From Octopus bimaculoides (lineage: Eukaryota), in the NCBI RefSeq assembly GCF_001194135.2, contig NC_068986.1, positions 86,628,944-86,663,936 of the forward strand: 34,993 bases of DNA, given 5' to 3'. The notes beneath the pieces were generated by a model, which saw only the letters and a program-made list of their open reading frames with translations, was not told the DNA's origin and made no database searches. A program made the translations under genes and the position numbers. Positions 21,790 through 33,719 of the stretch are shown here, piece after piece; within the stretch, counting starts at the first letter, position 1; each line of letters opens with the position of its first letter.

Positions 21790-23321
21790 TAATTATTATG
21801 TTGTTTTTTTTCTTCTTTCTTCAAATTTTCTCACATTTCTCGCCGAGTGTTTTCCGTACACCTAGGGCAGAGAAACTCGTTGTATGCGTTCCCAATTTAC
21901 ACACGCAAATTCACAGGTAAAACATGTATTTACAGAAAAAAAAAAAAAAATTCATGAATGGATGTTGTTTTCACAGCGATAATGCTCTTCTTAGTACATG
22001 AGTCGTTCCAGTTAACACGATTTTTTGCACTTCCTGTAGGGGTGGTAAGCCTGGTATCATTTTCAAATAGGTTTCAGTACCTATTTTTATCATTCCTAGA
22101 GATCCTACAATCACTGGTATGGTAGTCGCCTTGAGGTGCCACATNNNNNNNNNNNNNNNNNNNNNNNNNNNNNNNNNNNNNNNNNNNNNNNNNNNNNNNN
22201 NNNNNNNNNNNNNNNNNNNNNNNNNNNNNNNNNNNNNNNNNNNNNNNNNNNNNNNNNNNNNNNNNNNNNNNNNNNNNNNNNNNNNNNNNNNNNNNNNNNN
22301 NNNNNNNNNNNNNNNNNNNNNNNNNNNNNNNNNNNNNNNNNNNNNNNNNNNNNNNNNNNNNNNNNNNNNNNNNNNNNNNNNNNNNNNNNNNNNNNNNNNN
22401 NNNNNNNNNNNNNNNNNNNNNNNNNNNNNNNNNNNNNNNNNNNNNNNNNNNNNNNNNNNNNNNNNNNNNNNNNNNNNNNNNNNNNNNNNNNNNNNNNNNN
22501 NNNNNNNNNNNNNNNNNNNNNNNNNNNNNNNNNNNNNNNNNNNNNNNNNNNNNNNNNNNNNNNNNNNNNNNNNNNNNNNNNNNNNNNNNNNNNNNNNNNN
22601 NNNNNNNNNNNNNNNNNNNNNNNNNNNNNNNNNNNNNNNNNNNNNNNNNNNNNNNNNNNNNNNNNNNNNNNNNNNNNNNNNNNNNNNNNNNNNNNNNNNN
22701 NNNNNNNNNNNNNNNNNNNNNNNNNNNNNNNNNNNNNNNNNNNNNNNNNNNNNNNNNNNNNNNNNNNNNNNNNNNNNNNNNNNNNNNNNNNNNNNNNNNN
22801 NNNNNNNNNNNNNNNNNNNNNNNNNNNNNNNNNNNNNNNNNNNNNNNNNNNNNNNNNNNNNNNNNNNNNNNNNNNNNNNNNNNNNNNNNNNNNNNNNNNN
22901 NNNNNNNNNNNNNNNNNNNNNNNNNNNNNNNNNNNNNNNNNNNNNNNNNNNNNNNNNNNNNNNNNNNNNNNNNNNNNNNNNNNNNNNNNNNNNNNNNNNN
23001 NNNNNNNNNNNNNNNNNNNNNNNNNNNNNNNNNNNNNNNNNNNNNNNNNNNNNNNNNNNNNNNNNNNNNNNNNNNNNNNNNNNNNNNNNNNNNNNNNNNN
23101 NNNNNNNNNNNNNNNNNNNNNNNCTTCCTAACTTTCTCTTTCATGCTTGCATGCTGGATACCAGGGCCTTCATTTATTCGTAGGTATTTATAGGTTTGTT
23201 CCTGCTCAAGTTCTTTTATTACTGTTTCGACATCTAATTCTATTGAACTTGACTTTACCAGTTTCCCTTATTTAAAAGTGGTTTTGGCACACTTTTCAAG
23301 GCCAAACTCCATCCCGATATC
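21790..23321 (-). mobile_element. R4/Dong-clade LINE spanning a 979-N gap (RT end ... C-terminus, 3'UTR, TAA tail)
   Basis: Right of the gap: DIGMEFGLEKCAKTTFK*GKLVK...EQTYKYLRINEG. Left of the gap: MWHLKATTIPVIVGSLGM...EVQKIVLTGTTHVLRRALSL* (stop 21971-21973), then about 180 bp of 3'UTR. That both halves belong to one copy is inferred from order and orientation. Confidence 0.85.
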
Positions 23322-23421
23322 NNNNNNNNNNNNNNNNNNNNNNNNNNNNNNNNNNNNNNNNNNNNNNNNNNNNNNNNNNNNNNNNNNNNNNNNNNNNNNN
23401 NNNNNNNNNNNNNNNNNNNNN

Positions 23422-23658
23422 GGGGCGAGTGAAATGTAAAAGATGTTACAGCATGACTGCAAGGTTGGGGAGTGGAAGTAGCGGAATATCGTCATGTAAT
23501 ACAACACAGATATTTAATAGTATAGGGTTTTTCTAAGGATGTGGGCAGTACTTGCTAGTACAATCTTTTGGATTTCTCTGAGACCTGGTTCTCCTGGGAT
23601 CTTATTTATAGCTTTCTAACATCCCTCTTTTGTCATACCTAAACCACCTAAAATAACA

Positions 23659-23660
<2 letters not shown>
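23422..23660 (-). mobile_element. 5'-truncated R4/Dong LINE 3' end
   Basis: VILGGLGMTKEGC*KAINKIPGEPGLREIQKIVLASTAHILRKTLYY* (stop 23514-23516); 5' truncation abuts (TAA)n. Confidence 0.82.
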
Positions 23661-23727
<67 letters not shown>

Positions 23728-23731
23728 TATT
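23660..23731. repeat. (ATT)n microsatellite
   Basis: Direct reading. Confidence 0.98.
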
Positions 23732-24159
23732 AAACACATATACATACATAAATTTATGTATATATTTAAAAATTAAAACAGCCACAATATAAAAACACAA
23801 CCATCTAGATATGTGTAAGAAAAGGATGTGTTCTGTTGAGGAAATCAGTTGCCCTCTGGACACCAATGTTGTTAGAACAAAAACAAAAACAAAAAAACAA
23901 GTGAAAGAGGACATCTATGGACCATTAATAAGGTGTTTGCAAATCCAGTATACAAGAAACAATTTCAGTTTCATACCTATAATTATAATTGTTGTAACAT
24001 GATATATGCTAAACTCTGGAGCAAAAAGTATGGCTAAACTTGGTTTCTTTGAGAGAAAATGCAAAATCGTTAGTTCATGCTCTAATATTATCACGATATT
24101 TGGGATCCTAAAAATCTGCAAGACCTTAATATTTAAAGGATAATGAAGAAAACAAGTTG

Positions 24160-24720
24160 CTTCTTCACAGATTTCTTACAGAGCAGATCTTCTGCTGCAC
24201 TTTTTCAGTTTGTTTAAGAGCCTTTCAGATCTTATGTAATGATTTCTTTTCCTTTTTCTGACAAATTGACTTTTCCTCATCACATAAGACATATATCTTA
24301 TGGTTTCGTAGATAACATTTCTGACTGTTCCTTCTGACGCATGAAGATGTTTTGCAATTGACATCATGGACTTTCTGGGATTGTAATCAACGGTCTGTTG
24401 AACTTGTTGGATAAATTCAGGTGTTCAATTGATTTCAGAGCATTTAGAATGAAATTTATGCTCTGATACGACTGATACGTTTCCATCTTCAGTTTCTAGC
24501 TCCTTACAAACTTTGTAGACGAAATATCTGGCAACTTTTAAAAATCGAGATAATTCTAAATCGCTATTGTCAACCTTTATAACCACAATAACAGCATGCC
24601 TCTTCATTTCTTGTGGGTCTGCCATTATTATTTTCTGAGACAAAAATTATACAAAATTAGCAAAACATGCAGCAATGACCCAAAAATTGTATATCCTCAA
24701 ATATCTTACGTACCATGTAC
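24160..24720 (-). mobile_element. Tc1/mariner-superfamily transposase N-terminal relic (two HTH segments, catalytic domain not visible)
   Basis: Frameshifted ORFs 24425-24643 (MKRHAVIVVIK...SDLELSRFLKVARYFVYKVCKEL) and 24176-24367 (MMSIAKHLHASEGTVRNVIYETIRYMSY...RSERLLNKLK) have Tc1/maT-type paired HTH signatures. Confidence 0.7.
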
Positions 24721-24901
24721 ATATATATATATTTCCCTAATTTCACATTACTTTAAAAAAATATTTTAAAATTTTAATCTAAATATTTTAAGATTTTGCA
24801 TTTTTGTACTGCAATTGTTATACAATTAGTAGTTATATTTTAGGTTCTGATTCACAATTACAAGTATTCCAGCCTCCCGTATCCCATACTANNNNNNNNN
24901 N

Positions 24902-24985
24902 AAGAAATAAACAGATTTTTTTCAAAAATTCTGACGACTTTCTCTCTCTCCTCTCTCTATGTATAATATATATATATATACATAT
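24902..24985 (+). repeat. 84-bp exact direct repeat of 25210-25293
   Basis: Base-for-base identity including (CT)n and (TA)n lengths; starts immediately after a 10-N gap. Confidence 0.9.
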
Positions 24986-25046
24986 GCATACTCAAATATA
25001 TGTATACAGTGTTAGGTGTTATGTACGGAAATTGAATATTGAGGAA

Positions 25047-25250
25047 AAAAGTCGTCAGAATATTGGATAAAAATCTTTTTTATTCATTATTATTAGCGCT
25101 TTTCTTCCATTCTCGAACTTGTCAAATAAAATTTTGTGAAGTTTGTACATTCACAAAATTTTATTTGACAAGTTCGAGAAAGGAACGAAAGCGCTAATTA
25201 ATAATAATGAAGAAATAAACAGATTTTTTTCAAAAATTCTGACGACTTTC
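25047..25250. repeat. Long imperfect palindrome (MITE/foldback-like)
   Basis: Perfect 31-bp arms 25110-25140 and 25150-25180 around a 9-nt loop; imperfect pairing continues outward through AGCGCT, TTCATTATT and AAAGTCGTCAGAAT/ATTCTGACGACTTT. Confidence 0.9.
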
Positions 25251-25657
25251 TCTCTCTCCTCTCTCTATGTATAATATATATATATATACATATACATATT
25301 TACCTACATACACATACACATATATATGTAGCCACACGCACACACACACATATATACACATACAAATTCATATACATGAAATAAATCTCCAATGAAGAAG
25401 AGCTGCCGTGAAATCATCTTCAACTAACTCAGCGCTTCAATGTCTGTTCATATATATACGACTACGTTATACAACACTGAATTGTTTTAAAGTGAGATGT
25501 ATGTGATTCGTGAGTGTTTTCTCCGCTAATGTGTAGTAGTTCAAGTAAGCTCATACAGTTCCTTTTAGTTGCATTATTGTTCATATCTAGGATAGCACTG
25601 ATTATGTAGATCAATTGTATTCTTTTCTAAATATCGATTGCCTAGTTTAGATAAATT

Positions 25658-26045
25658 GTGGAGGCGCAATGGCCCAGTTGTTAGGGCAACGGACTCGCGG
25701 TCATAGGATCGCGGTTTCGATTCCCAGACCGGGCGTTGTGAGTGTTTATAGAGCGAAAACACCTACAAGTTCCACAATGCTCAGCCAGAAGATGGTAGCG
25801 AACCCTGCTGTACTATTTAACCACAACTTTTTCTCACTCTTACTTCTTGTTTCTGTTGTGCCTTTAATTCAAAGTGTCAGCCTTGCCACACTCTGAGTCA
25901 CGCTGAATCTCCCCGAGAACAACGTTAAGGGTACACGTGTCTGTGGAATGCTCAGCCACTTGCACGTTCATTTCACGAGCACGCTGTTCCGTTGATCGGA
26001 TCAACTGGAACCCTCGTCGTCATAACCGACGGAGTGCCAACCAAC
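25658..26045 (+). mobile_element. SINE family A2
   Basis: Full-length match, (CCAA)n tail; approximate TSD AGTTTAG..AAA at 25644 and 26059. Confidence 0.92.
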
Positions 26046-26409
26046 CAACCAGCCAACCAGTTTAGGCAAAATAAAACTTTGACGATATTCTCTGACTTAA
26101 CTTTCTATATTTAAGATGGTAAAATGGGAATTAATGAAGCTTTGGTTCATCTTTACCGCACAGCACTTGATCCCAGCAATCTCGCGTCTATTACAAACAT
26201 ATATTCTGCATTGTTTAAATGATAAAATATTTATATTGTATTTGATGAAACGACAAATATTGGTTATTTCCTGAGGTACGTCGAAACAAGAGATATCAGA
26301 AATAGCTGATGACACAATATATGAAAAATTGTTCCATATGACAAATTTCAGATTTATGATTGAAATATTTAATCAGTTTCAATAAATATGTTGCGAAAAT
26401 TATTTAATG

Positions 26410-26698
26410 ACATCGTGTTCTCGGTATTGACGAGACTATCGAATGTTGTGATACATCGCTGGTCACAATACATTTCGCATCTATTTTAAACTTCGAATGA
26501 TGCCACCCAGCTGCCTAGGCGGGTAGGTCAACATTCTCCCGATCCAAAGATTATTCTGTTGCAATGTTACCCATACAGCAGAGTGGACTGGAGCAACGTC
26601 CAATGCTCAAGAATACAACGCGCCGCCCTATCCAGGAATCGAACGCACGGTCCAGCAATCATGAGTGCATCCACCTGACCATTAGGTCGTGCGCCTTC
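26410..26698 (-). mobile_element. tRNA/CORE-type SINE with a third 3' module
   Basis: Reverse strand GAAGGCGCACGACCTAATGGTCAGG...GTTCGATTCC...TTGTATTCTTGAGCA...TTGCTCCAGTCCACTC, then a tail GGGAGAATGTTGACCTACCCGCCTAG unrelated to A1. Confidence 0.75.
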
Positions 26699-26924
26699 CG
26701 AGTATGTCTATGGCATACCTGAAAGGAACTAAACCGAAGAAGATAAGAAAAAGAATTATATCATCTGTAGTTGTTGGAAGACTCTCTTGTCGTAAACAAC
26801 AATGAGTATTCCGCAAGTTCTTGCGGAACAACTTGAATAATCTGATCTGTTTATAGTAATCAAATGCTAGAGTTGTATATTAGTTCACTCTCTCCATCAA
26901 ATCGACATTTTCTATAGGTTTAAC

Positions 26925-27056
26925 GGGTGCTACACGTCGAAGTGGTTGCAGAGCAACGCAACATAAAATGTTTTTCTCAAGAACATGACGGACCGCCCAA
27001 TCAGAGAATGGAAGCCATGATCTTGCAACATCCTTACCACTAGGGCAAGCGCCTCC
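26925..27056 (-). mobile_element. Degenerate tRNA/CORE SINE head
   Basis: Reverse strand GGAGGCGCTTGCCCTAGTGGTAAGG...GTTCTTGAGAAAAACATTT...GTTGCTC. Confidence 0.6.
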
Positions 27057-27322
27057 ATATCTGAATGTCTTACAAGGAGAGAAAAGAAGAGCAACTTAAT
27101 TTCTAAGACAAACAACAAACATAGAATATACTTGGGTTGACTAATGTTCATGCGTGGAATTTAGGGAGAGCAGTCCCTGTGCAACCTTCTCGGAAATCTG
27201 GCCTTATACTTCTGTTGCAGATTTAAGTAGTTTTTCGGTTTAACATTACAACTTTGTCCTTAGATATTTTTCACAGAATCCACTCAGTTGCAAGCAAACA
27301 CTACCAGTTCTCCGGTGTGAGA

Positions 27323-27369
27323 ATTATTATTACTATTATTATTATTATTATTATTATTGCTATTATTGC

Positions 27370-27426
<57 letters not shown>
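27323..27426. repeat. (ATT)n(GTT)n compound microsatellite at the 3' end of the adjacent LINE
   Basis: Direct reading. Confidence 0.95.
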
Positions 27427-27427
27427 C

Positions 27428-28155
<728 letters not shown>

Positions 28156-28157
28156 TT

Positions 28158-28813
28158 ATGTTTGACTTTTGCTTTGCATTTGTACAAGTTGGATCCAAGT
28201 CTCACCCAGAGACCTCAAGAGACAACAAGTTAGAAGTTCATGTAGGTGTTATGCCTAGGGTACCATATATTTGAATTTGTACAGTGTTGTTCTAGAGAAT
28301 GTTTTAAAATTTGAGATCACATAGACAGTGTTTTACGTAGGATATGGGCAGTTCCCATGAGCACTATCTTTTGAACTTCAGAGCCATTTTGGGGTTTCCT
28401 GGTATCTGAGCTAGGTAGTAATCAGCCCGTTTCGCTGTCATTCCCAGGGCACCTATGACAATAGGTATTGTTTTCGTCTTCAGATTCCACATTTTGCTAA
28501 TTTCTATTTCAAGATCTTTATATTTGCTCAGTTTTTGGTAGGTCTTGACAGATACGTTTATATCGATTGGGACAGTCATATCAATGAGGAGGCATGATTT
28601 TTGTCTGAAGTCTTTCAGTATGATGTCTAGCCTATTTGCATCTATCTTTCTGTCAGTTTGGATGGTGAAGTTCCACAGGAGTGCGATGTGATCATTTTCA
28701 AGTACTGGGTGTGGTTTGTGTCCCTACCAGTTTTTATTATGGGGCAAGTCCAGGTTTTTGCAAATTACCCAGTGAATATATTGTGCAGCACTATCATGCC
28801 TGTTGAGATACTC

Positions 28814-28817
<4 letters not shown>
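28158..28817 (-). mobile_element. 5'-truncated R4/Dong LINE: RLE domain + C-terminus + 3'UTR
   Basis: TEYLNRHDSAAQYIHWVICK...W*GHKPHPVLENDHIALLWNFTIQTDRKIDANRLDIILKD...LLIDMTVPID...KLSKYKDLEIEISKMWNLKTKTIPIVIGALGM...(fs)EVQKIVLMGTAHILRKTLSM* (stop 28317-28319); includes ORF 28364-28579. Confidence 0.92.
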
Positions 28818-28876
<59 letters not shown>

Positions 28877-28896
28877 CATCATTATTATTATTATTA

Positions 28897-28927
<31 letters not shown>

Positions 28928-28945
28928 CATTATTATTATTATTAT

Positions 28946-28995
<50 letters not shown>
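28818..28995. repeat. (ATT)n(AGT)n compound microsatellite at the LINE 5' truncation
   Basis: Direct reading. Confidence 0.98.
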
Positions 28996-29729
28996 TCTTG
29001 TCGTGTTTGTTCTTGTCGATATTCTTGTTCTTGTTTAAGAAAAGAATATGACAATCTAAAAAGAGAAGAAAAGAACTGCAAAGAAGAAAAAAAAAGCCTT
29101 TTTGGAAACGATCGAATTTGAACGCATGAGAATTGCTTGAATTATAGATTTCAAAACGAAATTTTAAAAACACAGCAAAAAATATATATAAGTATAAAAT
29201 ATAAAGAAATATAATAAATGTGATAAATAAATACCTAAATGCACCAAATCCTAGCTTCCATCTTGTTATAAATACCGAAATGATAAAAATTTTAAATAAC
29301 CAGAATATATGATAGAAAATGAAAATAGAATTGGATTCAATTTGTGTGAGATTTGACGCGCATGACTATTACAGATAGATGTTTTTGCAGGAGCTGTCGT
29401 TACCTCTAATATTGTTGTTATTGTGATTGTTATTAATGTTGTTGTTGTGGATGTCACTGATGTTGATGTGACTGATGTCGCCGTCCTCGTCGTTGTTGTT
29501 GTTCTTCTTCTTGCTGTTGTTGTTGTTTGGTGATGACATATTCTTACGTCAGTGCGTGTGTTGTTATGCATGTGATGCTTTGGTGTATGTCGAAATAGTT
29601 ATGCAAGTACATTTATCATATATACACAAATATATACACAAGCATACACTCACACGCACAAAAGAACATAAAATATATATATACATATATATATATATAT
29701 TTATATAAGGGCATTACTATACAATAATG

Positions 29730-29774
<45 letters not shown>

Positions 29775-30028
29775 NNNNNNNNNNNNNNNNNNNNNNNNNN
29801 NNNNNNNNNNNNNNNNNNNNNNNNNNNNNNNNNNNNNNNNNNNNNNNNNNNNNNNNNNNNNNNNNNNNNNNNNNNNNNNNNNNNNNNNNNNNNNNNNNNN
29901 NNNNNNNNNNNNNNNNNNNNNNNNNNNNNNNNNNNNNNNNNNNNNNNNNNNNNNNNNNNNNNNNNNNNNNNNNNNNNNNNNNNNNNNNNNNNNNNNNNNN
30001 NNNNNNNNNNNNNNNNNNNNNNNNNNNN

Positions 30029-30068
<40 letters not shown>

Positions 30069-30894
30069 ATGTATTCATGCATGCATGTATGTATACGTGT
30101 GATACGATATAATATACATGATCAAACATACTATTTCCTTCTTGCCGACTAAATATTTTTTCTTCCTTGTGCACATACATGTTTGTCATATAATCATAGA
30201 CTTATGAATGCTTATATGTGCAATATTCGTTCTTATCGATACCATATATATATATAAACTTTTTTTGACGTACTCTGTTGTGCATGACGTTCAGTTTGCA
30301 TCAGTACATATATCTGTATATCATATGCGTTCAGTTCTGTGTTTTTCCCTATCAGCTTGTGTACGTTTGCAAGTGTTTCATGTATGCATATATGAGTGTG
30401 TATGTGTGTGCATGTGTGTGTGTGTAAGCGTGTGTATGTGTAGGCATGTGTATGTGTGTATGTGTGTATGTACATGCAAATATGTATGAATGTACGTGAG
30501 TTTGTGATTGTATTTATATACGCAATATAAAATGATTATTTTAACTCAGAATTTCTGAAGCTGAATATATTTTTATTGTATCCCTAATGTTGTATAAACT
30601 TGATAGTTTCTATATATAATTATTTTATATATTTGTATATATGTGCATGTATGTGTGCCTTTTTGCATGCTTGCGCGTGTGTGTTAGATATTTTATAGAG
30701 TTTGGGCGTGACTTCTCTCTTGTGTGTAATTGTATATACATATAAACAGCGATTTGTGCATATATCATAATGTAAATGTAAACTGTATTAAAATACGCAT
30801 TAAGGACAAATATTACTTGCTATAGAACTCAATATGTAGTGTGGTAAAATATGCTTTACACAGACAATCTTTTTACTTGATCAACCACATACAG

Positions 30895-31037
30895 CCACAA
30901 AAATAATCTTATCATTAACAACAAGATGCTATCTTCGGTCTCACTCTGCGATAAGAATTCTAAAAAAGCTTACTGGATATGGAAGTATTTAATGTGGGGA
31001 GGTGATGCATGGGAATATCAGCGAATGTATCTATCAA
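30895..31037 (+). CDS. Candidate coding exon, product unknown
   Basis: Possible acceptor ...ACATACAG| at 30894 (or ATG at 30926); open frame HKNNLIINNKMLSSVSLCDKNSKKAYWIWKYLMWGGDAWEYQRMYLS to a phase-1 donor TCAA|GTAAGG; no recognised homology. Confidence 0.3.
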
Positions 31038-31239
31038 GTAAGGAATTCACTTATTCACCAAGTACCCTTTAGACAGAGTGAAATAGTAAGGTAAGGCTAG
31101 TTTTGAGATATATTTTCATGAAGTACAACGTACAAGTAACGGGCAAAATATATATTTATAGAAAATATGATTTATAATGTCTTATCTCAATAGCTGTTTC
31201 ACGCGACGAAACCTTCTTAATAGCCATATTTATTCATAG

Positions 31240-31298
31240 GTGCTATGTGCATGATGCCATGTGTTTGCTCAGTGAATAAACCAGATGAAACTGTTACT
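31240..31298 (+). CDS. Candidate 59-bp coding exon, product unknown
   Basis: Acceptor TATTTATTCATAG|, donor ACT|GTAAGA, phase 1 to 0 compatible with the previous candidate; encodes (S)AMCMMPCVCSVNKPDETVT. Confidence 0.35.
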
Positions 31299-31345
31299 GT
31301 AAGACAGGCCTCCCTACCTGTTCAGAATTACTGTGGCAAATGCAA

Positions 31346-31352
31346 CTCTGTG

Positions 31353-31413
<61 letters not shown>

Positions 31414-31535
31414 NNNNNNNNNNNNNNNNNNNNNNNNNNNNNNNNNNNNNNNNNNNNNNNNNNNNNNNNNNNNNNNNNNNNNNNNNNNNNNNNNNNNNNN
31501 NNNNNNNNNNNNNNNNNNNNNNNNNNNNNNNNNNN

Positions 31536-31587
<52 letters not shown>
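31346..31587. repeat. (TG)n - gap - (CA)n opposed dinucleotide tracts
   Basis: Direct reading; 122-N gap in the middle. Confidence 0.9.
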
Positions 31588-31592
<5 letters not shown>

Positions 31593-31809
31593 TCACTCGT
31601 AGTATTTGATAATATGTTAATGCATATTCTATAGAACTGACGAAAATAGTATTAGTTACATCACAGCCTAAATGGCATTGTACAGATATTTCATACCGAC
31701 AAGTAATGACTCGTACAATCTAAAAACGGAAGAGATATAAGAATATATACTATGAAACACCCTTGAGGGTATAACAAAACAAGTAGTGTATAGCAAGAGA
31801 TTTGTATGC

Positions 31810-31985
31810 CGAAAGCGAGACAAATTATGGTGTATGTTTAAGCTCTGAGTTCCACCGAATTCAACATTGCCTTTCATCTTTTTAGGACCGATAAAATAAT
31901 ACCAGTGGAATAATGGGGACTATGTAATTGATTTTCCCCTCTTCCGGGAAATTGCTGGCTTCTTGACAAAATTTTAAACTATTAT
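31810..31985 (+). mobile_element. SINE family C, diverged
   Basis: CTCTGAGTTCCACCG...TTGCCTTTCATCTTTTTAGGACCGATAAAATAATACCAG...AAATTGCTGGC. Confidence 0.7.
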
Positions 31986-32005
31986 AATGATGATGATATT
32001 TTAAT

Positions 32006-32060
<55 letters not shown>

Positions 32061-32735
32061 GCATTGTTCCTTGCAAGTAAGGTTTAAACGGCGGAATAAT
32101 GGAACTGTTGGAGTTAGAATAACAGAAGAATTGTGCTTTGTGGTGCAGCATATTGGGAAGAGTAGCAGCCAAATCTCCGCTCAAGTCCAATTCTACCATG
32201 TAATTTCTTTAGAATTACGTATGTAGCTGCTGTATTTAAAAATGGTAGTTCTATGTAAAATAAAAATTATGGTAGTCACATCCGTCCTTTAACATGTCTA
32301 GTTGGGGATTAGGAAAAATCAAAAGCGCACAAAATTTCTCTCTCCAGTCTCTAAACTCTCGGGGAAAAAAAACGCGAAAGAACATTAAATAATACGATAA
32401 ATGATGCATTAGAAATGATCGGATGGTCACGGCACGACTGTCATTGATAGCAACAATTGAATCCAGTTTGACGTGGCAATTAACAGCAATAACAATAAGG
32501 CCACCCACCTTTATGTCCCCCCCCCCACCGCCTAGAATTATAAGCCTAGTGTCTTTCAAACAAAGCTTACTTTCTTACGCAAGAAGTTAAGATGTACAGG
32601 AAAAGTGATATACTGGTCATGGCTGGAATATCTCTGAAGGCGGTTGAACGATGCTTCCACAGCAGAAAGAACACCTTGTCACATCACTAAAACGCCTCTA
32701 TATTACTGCTGTTGTTTGTGTTATTAATAATATTA

Positions 32736-32935
32736 TGACACCTAACAGAATCGTTAACACACCGGGCAAAATGCTGAGCGGTATTTCGTCCTGAGTTCAA
32801 ATTCAGCCATGGTCGACTTTGCCTTTCATCCTTTCGAAGTCGATAAAAGAAGTACCAATAGAGCACTGGGGTCGATGTAATCGATTTAGCTCCATTCCCC
32901 CAAATTGCTGGCCTCGTACCAAAATTTGAAAGCAA
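32736..32935 (+). mobile_element. SINE family C (left member of a tandem dimer)
   Basis: CAGAATCGTTAACACACCGGGCAAAATGC...GGTCGACTTTGCCTTTCATCC...AATTGCTGGCC. Confidence 0.85.
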
Positions 32936-32956
32936 TATAATATTATTATGACAACT

Positions 32957-33125
32957 AAGGTAGGCAAGCTAGAAGAATCGTTAGCGCGCCGGGCAAAATG
33001 TTTAGCGTTACTAGGCTCTGAGTTCAAATTCTGCTGAGGCCGACTTTGCCTTTCATTATTTCGGGGTTGATAAAATAAGCACCAGTTGAAATTGCTGGCC
33101 TTGTTCCAAAATTCGAAACCTATAT
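32957..33125 (+). mobile_element. SINE family C with 3' internal deletion (right member of a tandem dimer)
   Basis: AAGGTAGGCAAGCTAGAAGAATCGTTAGC...CTGAGTTCAAATTC...ACCAGTTG/AAATTGCTGGCC. Confidence 0.85.
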
Positions 33126-33615
33126 TATTTTGACACCTTTCTACAACCACAACCAAATTCTACAACCACAGCCAAACGACAAAAACAATGCAGCCGACAT
33201 TATCTCCATTATCATAACCAACACCGACACCATCACTTGTTACAGCTAACACGATAGTTACTAGTACTACTACTACTACTACTACTACTACTAATACTAT
33301 TACAATTATTATTAATACTTATAGTACTACTACTATCACTACTACTGCTGCTGCTGCTGTATCAGTGCAAGCATCAAGCTATTGTTGAACAAAGTAAAAA
33401 TGTTTAAATTCACCTTTTCATCAACAGTATTAACACAACAGAAGCAACAAAAGCACCGACAAGGACGACGACAACAACGACAAGCGAAACATCATTACAT
33501 ACGAAAACAGTAGGCACAATAGCAGTACCATTAGCAGCAACAAACCAAAATTCAATACCATTAACTATTAGCTATTAAGCACAACAATATCACCAGCGTT
33601 AAGAGCCAGCCAGCT

Positions 33616-33648
<33 letters not shown>

Positions 33649-33719
33649 TGTTATCGTCTTTAGTGGTTTTGAAAGAAAATTGACTAACAAAGGTAGAACA
33701 AAGGCTTGAGAACACCAAT

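Noticed and set aside
28658-29173. Poly-Tyr/Ile/Asn ORFs at 27.9-29.2 kb
   Set aside because: Translations of (ATT)n/(AGT)n; only the LINE-derived portion (TEYLNRHD...) is meaningful
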